In this document: piece after piece, positions 39,180-52,929 of the stretch
Position numbering within the stretch: the stretch's first letter is position 1
Layout of the letters: every line of letters begins with the position of its first letter
Assembly (NCBI GenBank): GCA_044892505.1
Contig: CM097882.1
Coordinates: forward strand, 203,546,001 to 203,610,000
Reading direction: 5' to 3'
Source of the DNA: Schmidtea nova
Lineage: Eukaryota
DNA length: 64,000 nt
The notes under the pieces: model-generated
What the model was told of the DNA's origin: nothing
The model's database searches: none
Seen by the model: the letters and a program-made list of their open reading frames with translations, nothing else
Program-made: the position numbers and the translations under genes

Positions 39180-40616
39180 ATGACAGCAGAGCTTCAGTTT
39201 TCCGTGGAAGGTTTAGNNNNNNNNNNNNNNNNNNNNNNNNNNNNNNNNNNNNNNNNNNNNNNNNNNNNNNNNNNNNNNNNNNNNNNNNNNNNNNNNNNNN
39301 NNNNNNNNNNNNNNNNNNNNNNNNNNNNNNNNNNNNNNNNNNNNNNNNNNNNNNNNNNNNNNNNNNNNNNNNNNNNNNNNNNNNNNNNNNNNNNNNNNNN
39401 NNNNNNNNNNNNNNNNNNNNNNNNNNNNNNNNNNNNNNNNNNNNNNNNNNNNNNNNNNNNNNNNNNNNNNNNNNNNNNNNNNNNNNNNNNNNNNNNNNNN
39501 NNNNNNNNNNNNNNNNNNNNNNNNNNNNNNNNNNNNNNNNNNNNNNNNNNNNNNNNNNNNNNNNNNNNNNNNNNNNNNNNNNNNNNNNNNNNNNNNNNNN
39601 NNNNNNNNNNNNNNNNNNNNNNNNNNNNNNNNNNNNNNNNNNNNNNNNNNNNNNNNNNNNNNNNNNNNNNNNNNNNNNNNNNNNNNNNNNNNNNNNNNNN
39701 NNNNNNNNNNNNNNNNNNNNNNNNNNNNNNNNNNNNNNNNNNNNNNNNNNNNNNNNNNNNNNNNNNNNNNNNNNNNNNNNNNNNNNNNNNNNNNNNNNNN
39801 NNNNNNNNNNNNNNNNNNNNNNNNNNNNTAATAAAGGCTAAGAAAACTACATGATGCCCCCGAAATGACTATTAATTCACAACTTACAAGTGATGCTCAG
39901 AATTGGGCAAATCAAATGGCAGAAACAAATAAACTTCAACACAGCAAACCTGAAGGTAAATATGGAGAGAATATAGCCTCATCTTCCAAAAGACTTAATG
40001 GTAATTTTACTTTTATTTAATTTATTGTATATGTGTATATCAATTCAGTAAAATAAATTTTTAATAATCTTTTAGGTCAGGAAGTAACTTTGATGTGGTA
40101 TAGGGAAATTTTCGATTACGATTTCAACGAAGAGAAACAAAATTTAGCAAAAACTGGTAAATTATTCTTCAAAATTAGACATAAAAATTAAAAACTTTTC
40201 AAGGTCATTTTTCTCAAGTGATTTGGAAGACCAGTTTAGAAATTGGATTTGGGTTAGAAAAATCCACTAATGGAATGTGGTATTACTGCGCACGTTATTT
40301 GCCGCCAGGCAATTGTGTTGGAAAACATTTGGAAAATATTTACAATTACGGAAAAGGTATCGGAATTTATTCTAATAAAAATGAACAATTCTCGTTAGAT
40401 TGGATAGAGCATCCTCTCATTATAAAAATATCACAACATAGACATCCGTCTGTAGGAAGTCAAAAAAGTGAAGAGAAAAATGAAATGAAATTGGTCAGTA
40501 CATCTAAGAGAACTAGCATCATAAATGGAATAGAAACGACTGAATTGGTTGAAACTTTTACGAATGAAGATGGAACGAAAAGTATCAAAAAAGTCATTGT
40601 TGAAAAGGTACAGTGA
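39180..40616 (+). CDS. CAP/SCP-domain protein, GAPR-1 (GLIPR2)-like; exons 39180-gap, ~39837-40000, 40076-40156, 40204-40616
   Basis: Spliced translation LRKLH...LQHS...YGENIA...WYREI...GHFSQVIWK...ARYLPPGN keeps the His/Glu tetrad; GT-AG introns 40001-40075 (75 nt) and 40157-40203 (47 nt) preserve the frame; MTAELQFSVEGL before the gap fits the first helix; the link across the gap is inferred. Confidence 0.9.
39217..39828. other. Assembly gap inside the CAP gene
   Basis: Run of N. Confidence 1.
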
Positions 40617-40667
40617 TTAATTATTTAAATTTATTTAAATTATGAAATTAAAAATAATACGGTCAAA

Positions 40668-41462
40668 CAGTGTTGCCACCTTTGTAAAATTTGTGACCCG
40701 GTAAAAATTTTTTTTTTGAACACGAGAAAAAGAAAATCATTGGAATACGAAAATAAGTTTTTATTATTACAATTTAATAACATACAAAATTAATTGTGAA
40801 GACAATGTAAATTTTATTTTTTATTTTTAAAACTGTATTTGCTGCTTCTAAAAGCTTTTTATTTCCTGCTGCTATAACCAGAAATTTTTCGCATTTTATT
40901 TTTAAATTGTTACAAATTAATAATTCAGCTTTACCATGATCAGGCGTTAAGCGGTTCCTTTAATCCCGCCACAATGAATCAATTTCTGAAAAAAATCGTT
41001 CGACGAAGGAATTACTGGAGGGAATGCTGAATAAAAATTCCATTAACTTCCTCAGTACAGGATATTCTCTCTTCCTCAATATTTGCGCCCACATTTATAC
41101 ATTGCATTTTTCGTTTTCGCTGATATATTTAGCTAATATATCATTTATTGAGCATAGGTCGTGAAATAAATCGTCACCTTGTGACTCGATGTCCACGTTT
41201 AGATACGCACTTATTGAAATACAGTCATTAATATTGGGAACACATTGCTTTATGTTAATTTTTTTAGCATTCTCCAAAAATTTATTTCCAAAATCATTCC
41301 AATCGTTTAAGTATTTCAACGCTCCAGTATATGCGGTGTCTGCTTCCTTTTAAAATAGTATTTTATTTACAACCCGGACAATTTTGGGTTTCACCTGAAC
41401 ACCCGGACGGACGTTTCAAGACCCGAACTGTCCGCGTGTAACTCGGACAGGTGGCAACACTG
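40668..41462 (-). mobile_element. Non-autonomous hAT element, 795 bp, retaining the dimerisation domain
   Basis: 14-bp TIR CAGTGTTGCCACCT; 8-bp TSD CGGTCAAA/CGGTGAAA; YPVLRKL..FLFSIPSSNSFVERFFS; subterminal ACCCGG repeats. Confidence 0.92.
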
Positions 41463-42185
41463 CGGTGAAATATTATGGTAGTGATAAATATTAGAGAATA
41501 AATTTTAGTTTAATAATTAAAGTGTTTCAAATTGATTTAAATGACAATTTTAAAATTAAAAGGCTAAATATTTATAAATAATAACTAAATTGGGCAGACC
41601 TGTGATCTTTAGATGATCATAAATATAATAAATTTCCTCCAATCTTTACTGACTTATCATTTCTCAAATTTAGGAACCCTTAATAATCTACTGCAAATCA
41701 TTTAAAGTGATAATAAAGTTATGTAAAATTTAATAATTTCTCATTATCGTTTCTCTAACATTTCATAGATAATTTCAATTTACGATTATTGATGATGGAC
41801 ATCAAAAATTTCCATTTAATTATTTTATTAAATATATATTATAAATATTAGACTGCATTGTCCTTGTATTCATTGTATTCATTAAATAAACTCTAACAAA
41901 TTTTAAAATTTTTATTAAATTATTCAAACAGCGTTTTTTGTCAATATTCAAACAGTGAGGATCTTTAATATCCAAAATATTTTGAGCAAGAAACATCAAA
42001 CATTACATTCTACAAACATACCAGTATTTTAGATTACAAATTTACATTACTTTTAAATTGTTAATTATTCTTTGTGCACAATTATTCTTTAAATTACTTA
42101 AAAATACTAAATTAATTAATATTATATACTTTGTTAAATTAGTTATTTAAATTAATTAAACTTAATATTTAATCTTGATCCTTAC

Positions 42186-42344
42186 TGTGCTAAGTTAAGA
42201 TCAGTAATTTATTTACACCCCTTTATTTAATCACATCATACGTTAATGTAGTTGCCGAAACAACCGCAACGTAATATATTTAGCAAATAATAATTGCAAA
42301 ATCGTAGGACCAAACACTATTATGTCACGATATTTTCTCGCACA
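42186..42344 (-). repeat. 3' LTR of the minus-strand Gypsy
   Basis: About 96% identical to 45806-45964; adjacent to the PPT. Confidence 0.93.
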
Positions 42345-45300
42345 TTCCCCCGTGATCAGTATGATGCATCCAAATCATACTGATCAAGATAAAGCGGCTT
42401 CCTCCGTGGTCGTCTCGGCCTGTCCTCATGCGTTGTAACTTCCATCTCCTCCTCACTTGCTCGGGCTGTCTCTGATTTTTCGTCAGCAATATCTTCTTCC
42501 ACTACTGGCCGGATGTCTGCAATGTGACGCGGTATTCCATCCACTTCAATCTTTGTGCCGGAATTAATTCCAGTTACAATTCCAATGGGCCATTGAGTAG
42601 TACACTTTGCTTGTCCCGGCTTCACAACAACCCTTTGTCCAGGTGTATATTCACATGATACTGAGCGTTCATCTTCTTTCCTCGGTAAAATCTCCAGTGA
42701 TACTTGAACAACCCTTCTGATGGGGCTGTTTCCTGATTAGTTCCATCTCTAGGCGCGGAATTGTACCAGAAGACGATATCTCGGGGATCTGTATGACTCC
42801 TGGCTGCATGACACTTTATTGTTCGGTGATTTCTTTCTACGATCCCATTTCCAGCCGGCCGATAAGCGCATCTATATCTCGGTTTAACATTCCATCTACA
42901 ACAAAGCTCTCTCAAAGAATTAGATTGAAAACTTGCCCCATTATCCATCAGTATTTCCAATACTAGGCCTCTCTCCCGAAATATTTCCTCCAGATTTCTC
43001 ACAATGTTTGGGACGTCCTCACGATCTATTTTCCTCCAGATTGCAAATCTGATGGGCCCACAGTCCACCATGGTCAGAAATGTGGATCCCTAGTGATGCG
43101 TGACGTCAACCGCCAATCTCTTCTAGTTTTCCGTGACTTCCAGTGTGCCTTGCTCCCATTTAATCGGTGATGGGTCGATTGACCTACATTCTGTACAGTT
43201 TCTCAAGACTTCTTTTATACAGTCTCGACTGGTCTACTGATTTTCAGATTGAATGAAGTAGATTGATTTTTCTAAGCCGAAATGGTGTTTCGATGGCGGG
43301 CCTTTATTTGCTCAATTGAGAGTCCCACACATCCAAAATGTTTCCAAGGCTTCAGCCATTTTTCTGGAACACGCGTGAGGACATCTGCTCGGTTCTCTGC
43401 TGACTTCACTAAACATACAGAGATAGTTATACTTTCGTCGGCGGTGAGTTCTTTGACGATCCCCAGGCGGCGTCTAACGAGCGTTTTAAAAATTCCATGG
43501 ACCCGTATTCTGCTTTCATTATTCAGAACTGTTTTAGCCAACTTACTACCCTTGCTGAATCCACCATCAACTCGATTCTCTAAACTCCCCATTGTATTGC
43601 CAAGTTAATACCCTTGAGTACCGCATCTAGTTCCGCAACATTTATATGAGAGTGGTCATCACCTTTTCTGAGCCACGAAGCATCCTCAACGACGTCATTA
43701 TTTATTACCAGCATAACCCCTAAGGCGAGACTACTCGCATCACACCACAGAACCCCACACTCACTTTTACTTATCGTCCACTTTCCCTTGACTGGATCGC
43801 TTGATTTTACACGAGTAATCACTTCTGACAGCTTCGATTCGCATTCTTTTCTAATTAAATCATCCCATTTCGTGCCCTTTGCAATTCTTTTAATATAACT
43901 GCACGCTACTCTGAGCCACCCTGCAACTTGATAATGTCCAACAAGCTTACCGCATATAGAGAACAGCATCCGACGAGTGATTTCACTTTCGATTGCGCCG
44001 ACATCATTTCACCTGATCCATGACAGGTGACCCTGTCGGTCACGTTTTATTCTGAGCCCAAGAACCTTTGCGTTTTCAATTGATTCTGCTGGCTTTGTAG
44101 TCAAGCCGAATTGAGCTAAATGATTGACGACCTCATTAACTTGAACTTTACTTGTATTAACAGCGATATCATCAATGTAGTGATCTGTCGCATCTTTAAT
44201 TCTGGGGTGGAGGCTTAACACTTTTCTGAGCACTTGAGACATTATTTTTGGAGCACAGTTGAGGCCGAATCCCAATCTTGTTAAATAGTACAGTCTGTCT
44301 TTGTATCGAACTTTTTGGTATTCCCAAAGATCCTCGCTGATATGTAACTGCAAATAGGCATTCTTTAAATCAAGCATAACCACATGATCTCCCATTTGAC
44401 GCCATTTCTTCAAACTTTCGCCACATACATCGCTGTCACCGGTGTGACATTCAACGAAATTATTGAGCTCTCTGAAGTCAAGAAACAGTCGGACTTTCCT
44501 TTTGTTTTCTTGCACTGCTGCTAACAAGGGCAAGATACCATGATCTATGCCATTCGCTGGAATCAACCAGTCTTCTTTGATCCAACGCTCGATCTCCTTT
44601 TCGTACTCCTGTCGAATTTCTGGTTTTATTGCATACTCTGAGACATGGTTTTTCAGCAGGGCAGGTTTGTCCTTCCACTTCCAGGATACGGTCCATTTGT
44701 TCCCATCGAATGACACTGAAAAATCATCATCTTCAATTTTCACTTGATTCTCAATTGATGAAACTGCACATCCACCAAATCGCACTCCTTCTTTATTGAT
44801 CCAAACGCCTCCAAGAAGTCCGATTGCATCAAGTCCCAGAACAACGTCCACCCCCGCTACAAGGTTTTTCATAATCAAACAATTTACTGTAACGCAAGAT
44901 CCGCATACGGATATTCTGCATTGGCTCTCTCCTTCGCAATGCACTCTTCGACCATCTACAGAGATGACATCCTTGGTTTCGCCTCTACCTCTCGCAAGCC
45001 TGCTTGACGCTATTGTTTGGGAACATCCAGAATCGATCAATCCAATGCACCACTTGCCGTTCACCTTGAGCTTTATTATCACCTGCGCCATTCTCGACGT
45101 TATTGAGAAACCGCTGGAGCTACAGTTTCTCTTCTGGCGTTTCCTTGCGATCTTTTTTAACATTGTCTGGATGAGTGCCCTGTGTTCCCGCATGTCCAAC
45201 ATTCTAGCATAGGACATTTGTTCTTGTAATGTCCAGGTCTCCCACACCCGTAACAGAGCGTACTTTCTATTTTAACATTGTTGGGCGATGACTTCGACGC

Positions 45301-45805
45301 GACCAGACCCGCCGGCTCGGAATGTTCTGACAACAGAGCGCGAGCTTGACGTACTATTTTTGTAAGGCTCATTTCCTGAATTTTTGCCGAGGCTCTCATC
45401 TGTTGGGACACTGGCGATAGCAAACCTGTAACAAATGCTCTTTTGAGCAAATTATCTGATTCAATTCCAGTCAGTGTAGCCAATTGCTTTAAATCCGCGA
45501 GAAAAACGTCCATCGGCTCCCCGTTCTATGACCGGGTTCGAAATTCATCGTAGGCCTTGAAACCGTCCATTGAAAAGTTGTCCAGTAACGCCCTTTCCAA
45601 TGTGTTGCAGCATCGCTTGTCTTTTTCTGCCAAAGGATCATAGACCAAAAAAGCTGGTAACTCTAATAACAATGGTAGCACGAGCGAAACATCTTCTATT
45701 TTTAGATGAGTTGCCACCAATTTGAATTTTTTGAGCCAAGACGAGAATTCACCTATCCCGTCATAGGGCTTTATCAACTTTATTATTTCCATTGCCGCGA
45801 AAGCT

Positions 45806-45964
45806 TGTGCTAAGTTAAGATCAGTAATTTATTTGCACCACTTTATTTAATGACAGCATACGTTAATGTAGTTGCCGAAACAACCGCAACGTAATATATT
45901 CAGCAAATAATAATTGCATAATCGTAGGACCAAACACTATTATGTCACGATATTTTCTCGCACA
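45806..45964 (-). repeat. 5' LTR of the minus-strand Gypsy
   Basis: About 96% identical (153/159) to 42186-42344. Confidence 0.93.
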
Positions 45965-46353
45965 CTTACAATTACTAAAAATAATTTAATTAAAAAAATT
46001 ACTCATGCTGATAAACGTTGAATTATGAAAATTAAATTAAATAACAATTGAAAATTTTTAACAATTAATTTTACAAATAATTTCAATATTTTATTTAATT
46101 TTTTGGATTAACGGTAAACTTTGATAAACATAAATTTATTATATTTACAAAACTTTTTATAAACTTTTTTTTCATTTCAAATATGGTTTCATCAAGTCAG
46201 TGAATACAATTATGTAACAATTGAATATGAATGGAAATATCGCGGTTTTTGATATTTTCTGTCAACAATAGTTTATATTTTTCCAGGGATATTTTTGAAA
46301 ATTAGGTTTTAATAATAATTTTTTTGATAATAATTTTTTATGTTAATATGGTA

Positions 46354-46561
46354 NNNNNNNNNNNNNNNNNNNNNNNNNNNNNNNNNNNNNNNNNNNNNNN
46401 NNNNNNNNNNNNNNNNNNNNNNNNNNNNNNNNNNNNNNNNNNNNNNNNNNNNNNNNNNNNNNNNNNNNNNNNNNNNNNNNNNNNNNNNNNNNNNNNNNNN
46501 NNNNNNNNNNNNNNNNNNNNNNNNNNNNNNNNNNNNNNNNNNNNNNNNNNNNNNNNNNNNN
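46354..46561. other. Assembly gap
   Basis: Run of N. Confidence 1.
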
Positions 46562-48177
46562 ATATTGTAAAATTAGTTAAATTAACCTATTATGTAACAA
46601 TACGTCAAATCCGTAGTGTAAATTTAGAGCAGAGGTTGACAAACTTTTTTAACGGAAGGCCGCATTGATATATGTACTATGCAAAGTTGGCCGCATCATC
46701 AAAACTAGCCGTATTTACACGTATTTTAAATTGATAACAATGCTCATATATGTTGTACCTCGTCTCGTGTTTTGAGGCGCTTCTCCCAGGTTTGATTTAG
46801 AAATTTAAAATCTTTTATTTATTTTATTTGTGTTCGTTACTCTTCCCACACTTTATACATTTTAAAGCCCTTCCTAAATCGAAAGGTTGATTTAATAACT
46901 TTTTTAATATTTAAAACTCATTTATTATCCTCTCTTAGGTTCAATATCCTCCACTATCTGACTAACCAGGTGCTATTGGTAATAAATTATCTATACTGTT
47001 GTTGAGGTTCCCAGAATCTCAACTTGGTATCTTATATAAATAAATAAGATAACAGTGGTTCATATTAAATTTTTATTAAATAACAAATTGATAATTACCA
47101 AGATAAATCAAAATCAAACAACTTCTTTAAAATCAAAATTTGTCTGCGTGTAAATGTGTTATGATTGTAATATGTGATGCGTGAATGCTGCTCTGAGCTC
47201 GATTTACTTTATGTTCTATTTTAATTTTATAGTCGATAACAACTATAAGATTTTTAATCATAGTAATTTTTGAGGTGATTTGACTGAAAAATCAGTCAGT
47301 TTATATACTAAATTTTAAGGCACTTAATCTGTCAATAATGATTGTTATTTTCCTTTTTGAGTTGATTGAAATTGTTTTGAAAATAGAGTTGTTTTTAAAA
47401 CAGAATTGTTTTCAAAATTATTTTTTAACTTTGGAATATTATTTCATTTTGCTGATCTTTGTAGGTCATAAATATAATTTATTTAAACAAACAGTAATTT
47501 ATTTATTTTTAATTTAATTAAACAATCTGTATTATTTATTTATTTTATTATTATTATTATAATTTATTGAATTAAAATATTAAAATATAAATAAAAATAT
47601 AATCCATTTTTCAAATAGTTTAAAAAATTAATTTACATGAAATATTTTCAAAACAAAATATTCTTTCAAAATTATATAAAATTTTGTCCATCACCATAAA
47701 AAATGTCAATAAATGTTCGCAAGATCACAAATAATAAATTGTCAAATTGTAAATTATCATGCTTGTAAGATGTTTAAAAATACTCTAAAGATTTTTAAAA
47801 AATTATTTTAATAAAAAAAAGTCTTTTGCAGAGAAAAAATCTCGTTTAAAATAAAAATAATTATCAGTAAAGATTTTAATAATTAGAATATTTAAAATCA
47901 AATTTAAAATTTACAATAAAAAATTTTATTAAAGTTTTTATTAAATATATAGGTTTATTAAAATATAGCTGAAATTAATTAAAAATCGTATGTTGAATAT
48001 ATGTATGAATGTTTTGTATGAAAGTTCTGTCAAGAAAAATTACATATTTATTTGAATATTCTAACGTTGTTTAAATAATTGTGCAAAAAATACAGTTTTG
48101 AAATTTTGTTAATTTAATTATTAATTTAATGATAGATTGAATTAATACCCGTAGTTCGGGAAAAGAAGATACTAACA

Positions 48178-50870
48178 TGGTGACCACACTTTGGCAAATT
48201 TTGTCGAGCAACCCAAACATTTCGAAATGGGCTAAAATATCCACAAGCTTATAGCAGATATAGCACGTTTCTTCGAGATATTATATATCAAAGGCAGATT
48301 AATGAATAACTTTGTGAGAGCATTCTTACCCGGAAAGGCCATAGAACTATACCATGAGATAACATCAGAAATAGGATATAAAGAAAATACTTATTAAGGC
48401 GTTTTCGAAACCAACGTTAATCGAAGATCTGCAAGAAGCTTTGAATTATATGAAAGGAGAAGATAAAGTTAACGATTATTGGAGGAAACTGGAAAAATTA
48501 ACAGACGGCATCCTCAAACATAAGAAGGATAAATATACGTTAATGAAGTTTCTATTGTTCTACTTATTGGATGATAAGGAGATAAAATACGATCTCAAAA
48601 TCGAAGACGTAAAGCGTATCGAAGAAATAAAAACGAGAATGGAGAAATGAGAAAAGATTAAAGACGAGTTAAACGAAACCAACAGACTATAATTGCAGTG
48701 ATTTCAAGGAGAACAGTTGCTGATACAGTTAAAATTCAGAATACGGAAAACAATATGCCTGGTGCAAGAAGTAATTTTTCAGATCAAAACGCCATTAGAC
48801 GTGAAGGTAAACCGTGGGAGGGTAACAAACAAAGTTTTTCCCCAAGGACAAATGGTTTACGCCAAGGAAATCGAGTACAAGATAATCCATATAAAGGATA
48901 TAACTACAACAGATATAGCAACGACCAGAAAAGAAAACAATATAAAGATGAGGAAGCTGGCCAACAGAGAACATACCAATGCTAGGCATGCAGAGAATGG
49001 GCCCATCAAAGACACGAATGTCCAAATGTACAATGTACACACTTCCATAAACAAGGACATTTCAAACATCAATGTTTTGTGATGAATAACTACAGATCCA
49101 GAAAACAGGTTGCTGGTATGGAAGAAGACTACGTGGATGACAGCTACGAGGACCATATACTGACCTCAAATGCCAAAACTTTAGTGATAGAGGAGAGCAA
49201 AAAACACAGGATTAAAAGTATGTAATATTTTTGACAGAAACTGTATGTATGCGAATGATTGTGATTGTATGTTTGATTCTTGTGATTTTAATAGTAAATA
49301 TTTAAATAATAATTTTTTTAATATAAATAATTTTTGTGAATTAAATAGAAATAGTATATCTGAATATAACTCTCAAAATAGCAAATGTATAAACTTACTA
49401 AATGAAATTAACAGCTACTATGATGCAAGTGGAAATAGTAGTGAAGAAAGATTACTAACAATTGATTCAATTATGTGTTCGATGAATGATAGGGATTCAA
49501 TTATCAGATATGATGCTATGGGAGGCAGACCGAGCGTTGATGTTACTATGAATGGTAGATGTTTAAGATGTTTGCTTGACACAGGAGCAAGAATCAGCGT
49601 CATAGATCGCAATATGATTGAGAAATGAAATATGAATAATGTCAAAAAGAGTAATATGAAAGTAAAATGTGCAAATGACAGTCCCCTTAATATTTTTGGA
49701 ACTATTATGATAAACATTAAAATTCAAGGAATAAAAGAAAGTAAAGATATACAATTTTTAAAAACAAACGCCAATCCAAATATATATTCTGCACAATATA
49801 TTTCGAGAACTTAATTCTCTTTATCAGGTGCTACTCAATCTTCCATTTAAATCAAATAAATCGATTTATCAAACGAATTAATATTAATTTTTAAAATAAA
49901 ATATATATTATAAATTTTATATACTAGTCAAAAAATTTAAAACGATTTAAAAGTTTTTTAATTTAAATAAATTAATCTTAAAAATATAATACTTTTTTTA
50001 CAAAAAAATATATTTTTTAAGAATACATTATAAATATTTTCATATTTATAAACAACAGAATGATTGAAAACAAAATCCATAATCCTCAATTGAAAATCCT
50101 CAATTGTATTATATAATATTCAATTTTATTTAGCAAATGAAATTAGACCTCAACTAATTGGTGGAATGAACTTCCGTAATGAATTTGGTGTTCAGTTGAA
50201 TATCGATGAGTGTATAAATCATACTCTGATTCGTACGACAGTTATCGAAATTGTCAGTAATTTCATAGAAGTAGGATTTACTGAAAGGAAAGTTGAAGAT
50301 ATGGTAATTAATAAACTAATAAACAAATACGACAATGTTTTTATGAAACACAAATGGGATGTGGTGAAAACTGACTTAATGAAACACGAAATAATTACTG
50401 CTAGCAAACCTATAGCACTCAACCCAAGAAGACAACCGGCTCATCTACTTGATAAAATCGATGAACAAATTAAAGAAATGGAAAGGTTTGGCATTATCAA
50501 GGAATGTGAATCACAATGGAATACACCATTAGTATGTGTAAAGAAAAAAGGGAAAGATGATATTAGAATATGCTTAGACCTTAGAGCACTAAATAACGTA
50601 GCAGAAAGACCGCTGTTCCCAATGCCAAACATGAATGAATTATTAGATGTTTTGAATGGATCAAAGTATTTTTCAACAATCGATCTGGGAAATACATATT
50701 ATCAAGTTGAACTAGAAGAAGAGTCTAAAATTAAAACGGCATTTTCATATTAAAATAAGCAGTATTGTTTTAATAGAATGTCTTTCGGAATTGTAGCAGC
50801 ACCAGGAACATTTCAAAAACTCATGAATATAGTACTAGGAGAATTGAATCGGATAGAAGTGGTACGTGTT
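48178..50870 (+). mobile_element. 3'-truncated, decayed Ty3/Gypsy element (PBS, gag, PR, N-terminal half of RT)
   Basis: CTAACA followed by PBS-like TGGTGACC at 48178; gag with two CCHC-like knuckles near 48980-49075; PR LLDTGARISVI; RT motifs WNTPLVCVKK, CLDLRALN, IDLGNTYYQV, FGIVAAPGTFQ; ends before YxDD; AT-rich insert at ~49760-50130. Confidence 0.88.
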
Positions 50871-51304
50871 TTATATCATCATAAAACAAAAGTCAAATAA
50901 GATCAACAGTAAAATATCATCATATAGAATCACTAAATTCATAATGTCATTGAAGTTGATATTTTCCATTGATTATTGAATTGTCATTGCCATCCGATCC
51001 ACGTGTATATTGATTCTGTACCTTTTATTTCCCACTGTATAATATTTTAATTTTAAAACCCTTATTCTACTCCTATCTTCTAACACTCTCATATCAAACC
51101 TCACTAATAAGAAAATAGGAGGGAAAACTTTATTAAAAACACCCCTGTCTTTCTTCTAGAGTAGATTTCATGCCACGACAATGGACATACATAATATTTA
51201 TGTGCACTTTTTATTAATTGATGGTAGTATGGCAAATAATAATTGATAAATATAAATACTCATATATCTAACACAAATATAGAAAAGAGATTATGTTCAA
51301 TTTA

Positions 51305-52810
51305 ATGGGATCTGTGTAGGCGGGAAATGTTTTCCGTAGGTTTTCTATAATCAGGATTTGAATTGTTCGTTGTTATTTGCAACACATATTGCAAAATAAC
51401 ATCTGTAAGCAGAGATCTGGTTTTAACTTGTTTTTATCATCTCTTAAAAAGGATAAAAATCTTGAAACAAAATTTTCAGCTTTCTATATTTACTGATATT
51501 CAAAGCTCAATAGAATTAAATTAGTGTTGAGTATCTAAATAACTCTTTCAAAGGGTTATCATTTTGAAGGTTTATCAAATCTAGTTGAAGGTCATCTGAT
51601 GCTGTCTATGGATTGATAATAAATGGAAAAGTCAGCAAATTGAATTGTTCTTCTAGAGTCCTGAACTCAAAAAATCTCCTTTCGAACTCTTCATTTAAAG
51701 GTACTGTTTGTTTACTATACTTATCTGATGTCTCTTTAGTAGCAGTCTATGTTTGCAAGTGAGGAAAATAAAATAAATTATTTCTATTCAGCTGAATGGA
51801 AAAGAGAACAAACTTGGTTTCAAATGACTTAACAACAATATATAAATCGTGTGCAAAATGGCCTTAGCCTTGCAAAATAACATTAACTTCATTGAGTTTG
51901 TCAACAGCAATCGCAAATTCACACATAAAATTCGAGTCTTTTATCATTTGCACAAATTCGCAATCAATATTCTTCATTTCCAGAAATAGCTCAACTTTGT
52001 CTTTGAGATTTCAGACTCTTTTCAAAATATTACCCATGCTTAACCAGCGCACATTTTTGCGGTACAGGACATCAGAATATTCACATTCAAGGTTCTCTAA
52101 GAAAGTTTTGAATTGTTTGTGATTTAGACCCCGTGATCACTTTACTAACAATTTGGAAAACGTGTTTCAAGTAAAGTTCTCCTTTGCAAAGACTTTCTTG
52201 GTGAATGTCGCAATGAAATAACAATACTTTGTGACCAGGTTGTTGACTTTTTATTGTCATTGCCGAGCTTAATAGGACCAAGATATTTAACTGTTAGAGC
52301 AGATGCTCCATCTGTTGTTATACTGGCCAATTTCATTTCATGGTAGGCCTATTATGTCAAAGCAGTTTTGTTGACAATAAAAAGAATCTTGGCCAAGGGT
52401 GGTGCCTTTCAAGGATTCCACCGATAGCAATTCATTAGTAATTGTAAATTATTTATCAATTCCTCTGATAAAAATAAGTAACTGGGCTGTGTTTTGAATA
52501 TCTGCACTTTCTTCCAAAACCAAAGAAAACCACTAAACCTATTAGCTGATCTCGTTAAACTCATTAAACTGGCGAACAACAGTTCTCCTGGAGAGGGATA
52601 CACTTTCTGTTTTGCCTATCACTTCCGGGCATATAACGTTAATGATCTGAATCATGCATGCTTTGACATATTCCCCATCAGAGAAAGATGTATTTTGTTT
52701 TGCCAAAATATGAGAAACCATGTAACTGGTGGTTGTAGCTGCTTCTTGTATTAAGTTGACAGGAATGAAACATCCGAATAATATATAATGATTATAAATC
52801 ATCATAACTT
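51305..52810 (-). mobile_element. hAT (Charlie/SPIN, GTF2IRD2-like) transposase relic
   Basis: SFSDGEYVKAC, SLSRRTV, ITTDGA, HCDIHQESL, and a C-terminus ending ...HRSH*; multiple frameshifts. Confidence 0.85.
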
Positions 52811-52929
52811 TTTTTATATAAAACGTATTTTTTTATTTTAAAGTTCATTATAAAGCGCTTATTTCAAATTCAAACATTAATTAAGATTTATAATAATTTA
52901 ATTATTATAGATTTCATTTTCAAATAGAA

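Larger units (their letters stand above)
42186..45964 (-). mobile_element. Full-length Ty3/Gypsy-like LTR retrotransposon, 3779 bp, coding region disrupted
   Basis: 159-bp LTRs at 42186-42344 and 45806-45964 (6 mismatches counted); 5-bp TSD CTTAC (42181-85, 45965-69); PPT ...GGGGGAA; gag with two CCHC knuckles, PR (LIDSGC), RT (LDLKNAYLQ, HYIDD), RNase H (WCDAS, NVAELDA, VDS), integrase (VDCG, MDNG, GIVERN). Confidence 0.95.

Noticed and set aside
39180-39854. 224-aa ORF and the ORFs at 46324-46668
   Set aside because: Artefacts of translating through N gaps
46630-46700. Charlie/SPIN-like terminus CAGAGGTTGACAAAC as the end of the 51.3-52.8 kb hAT
   Set aside because: About 4.6 kb away with no matching opposite TIR or TSD; kept only as an orphan end
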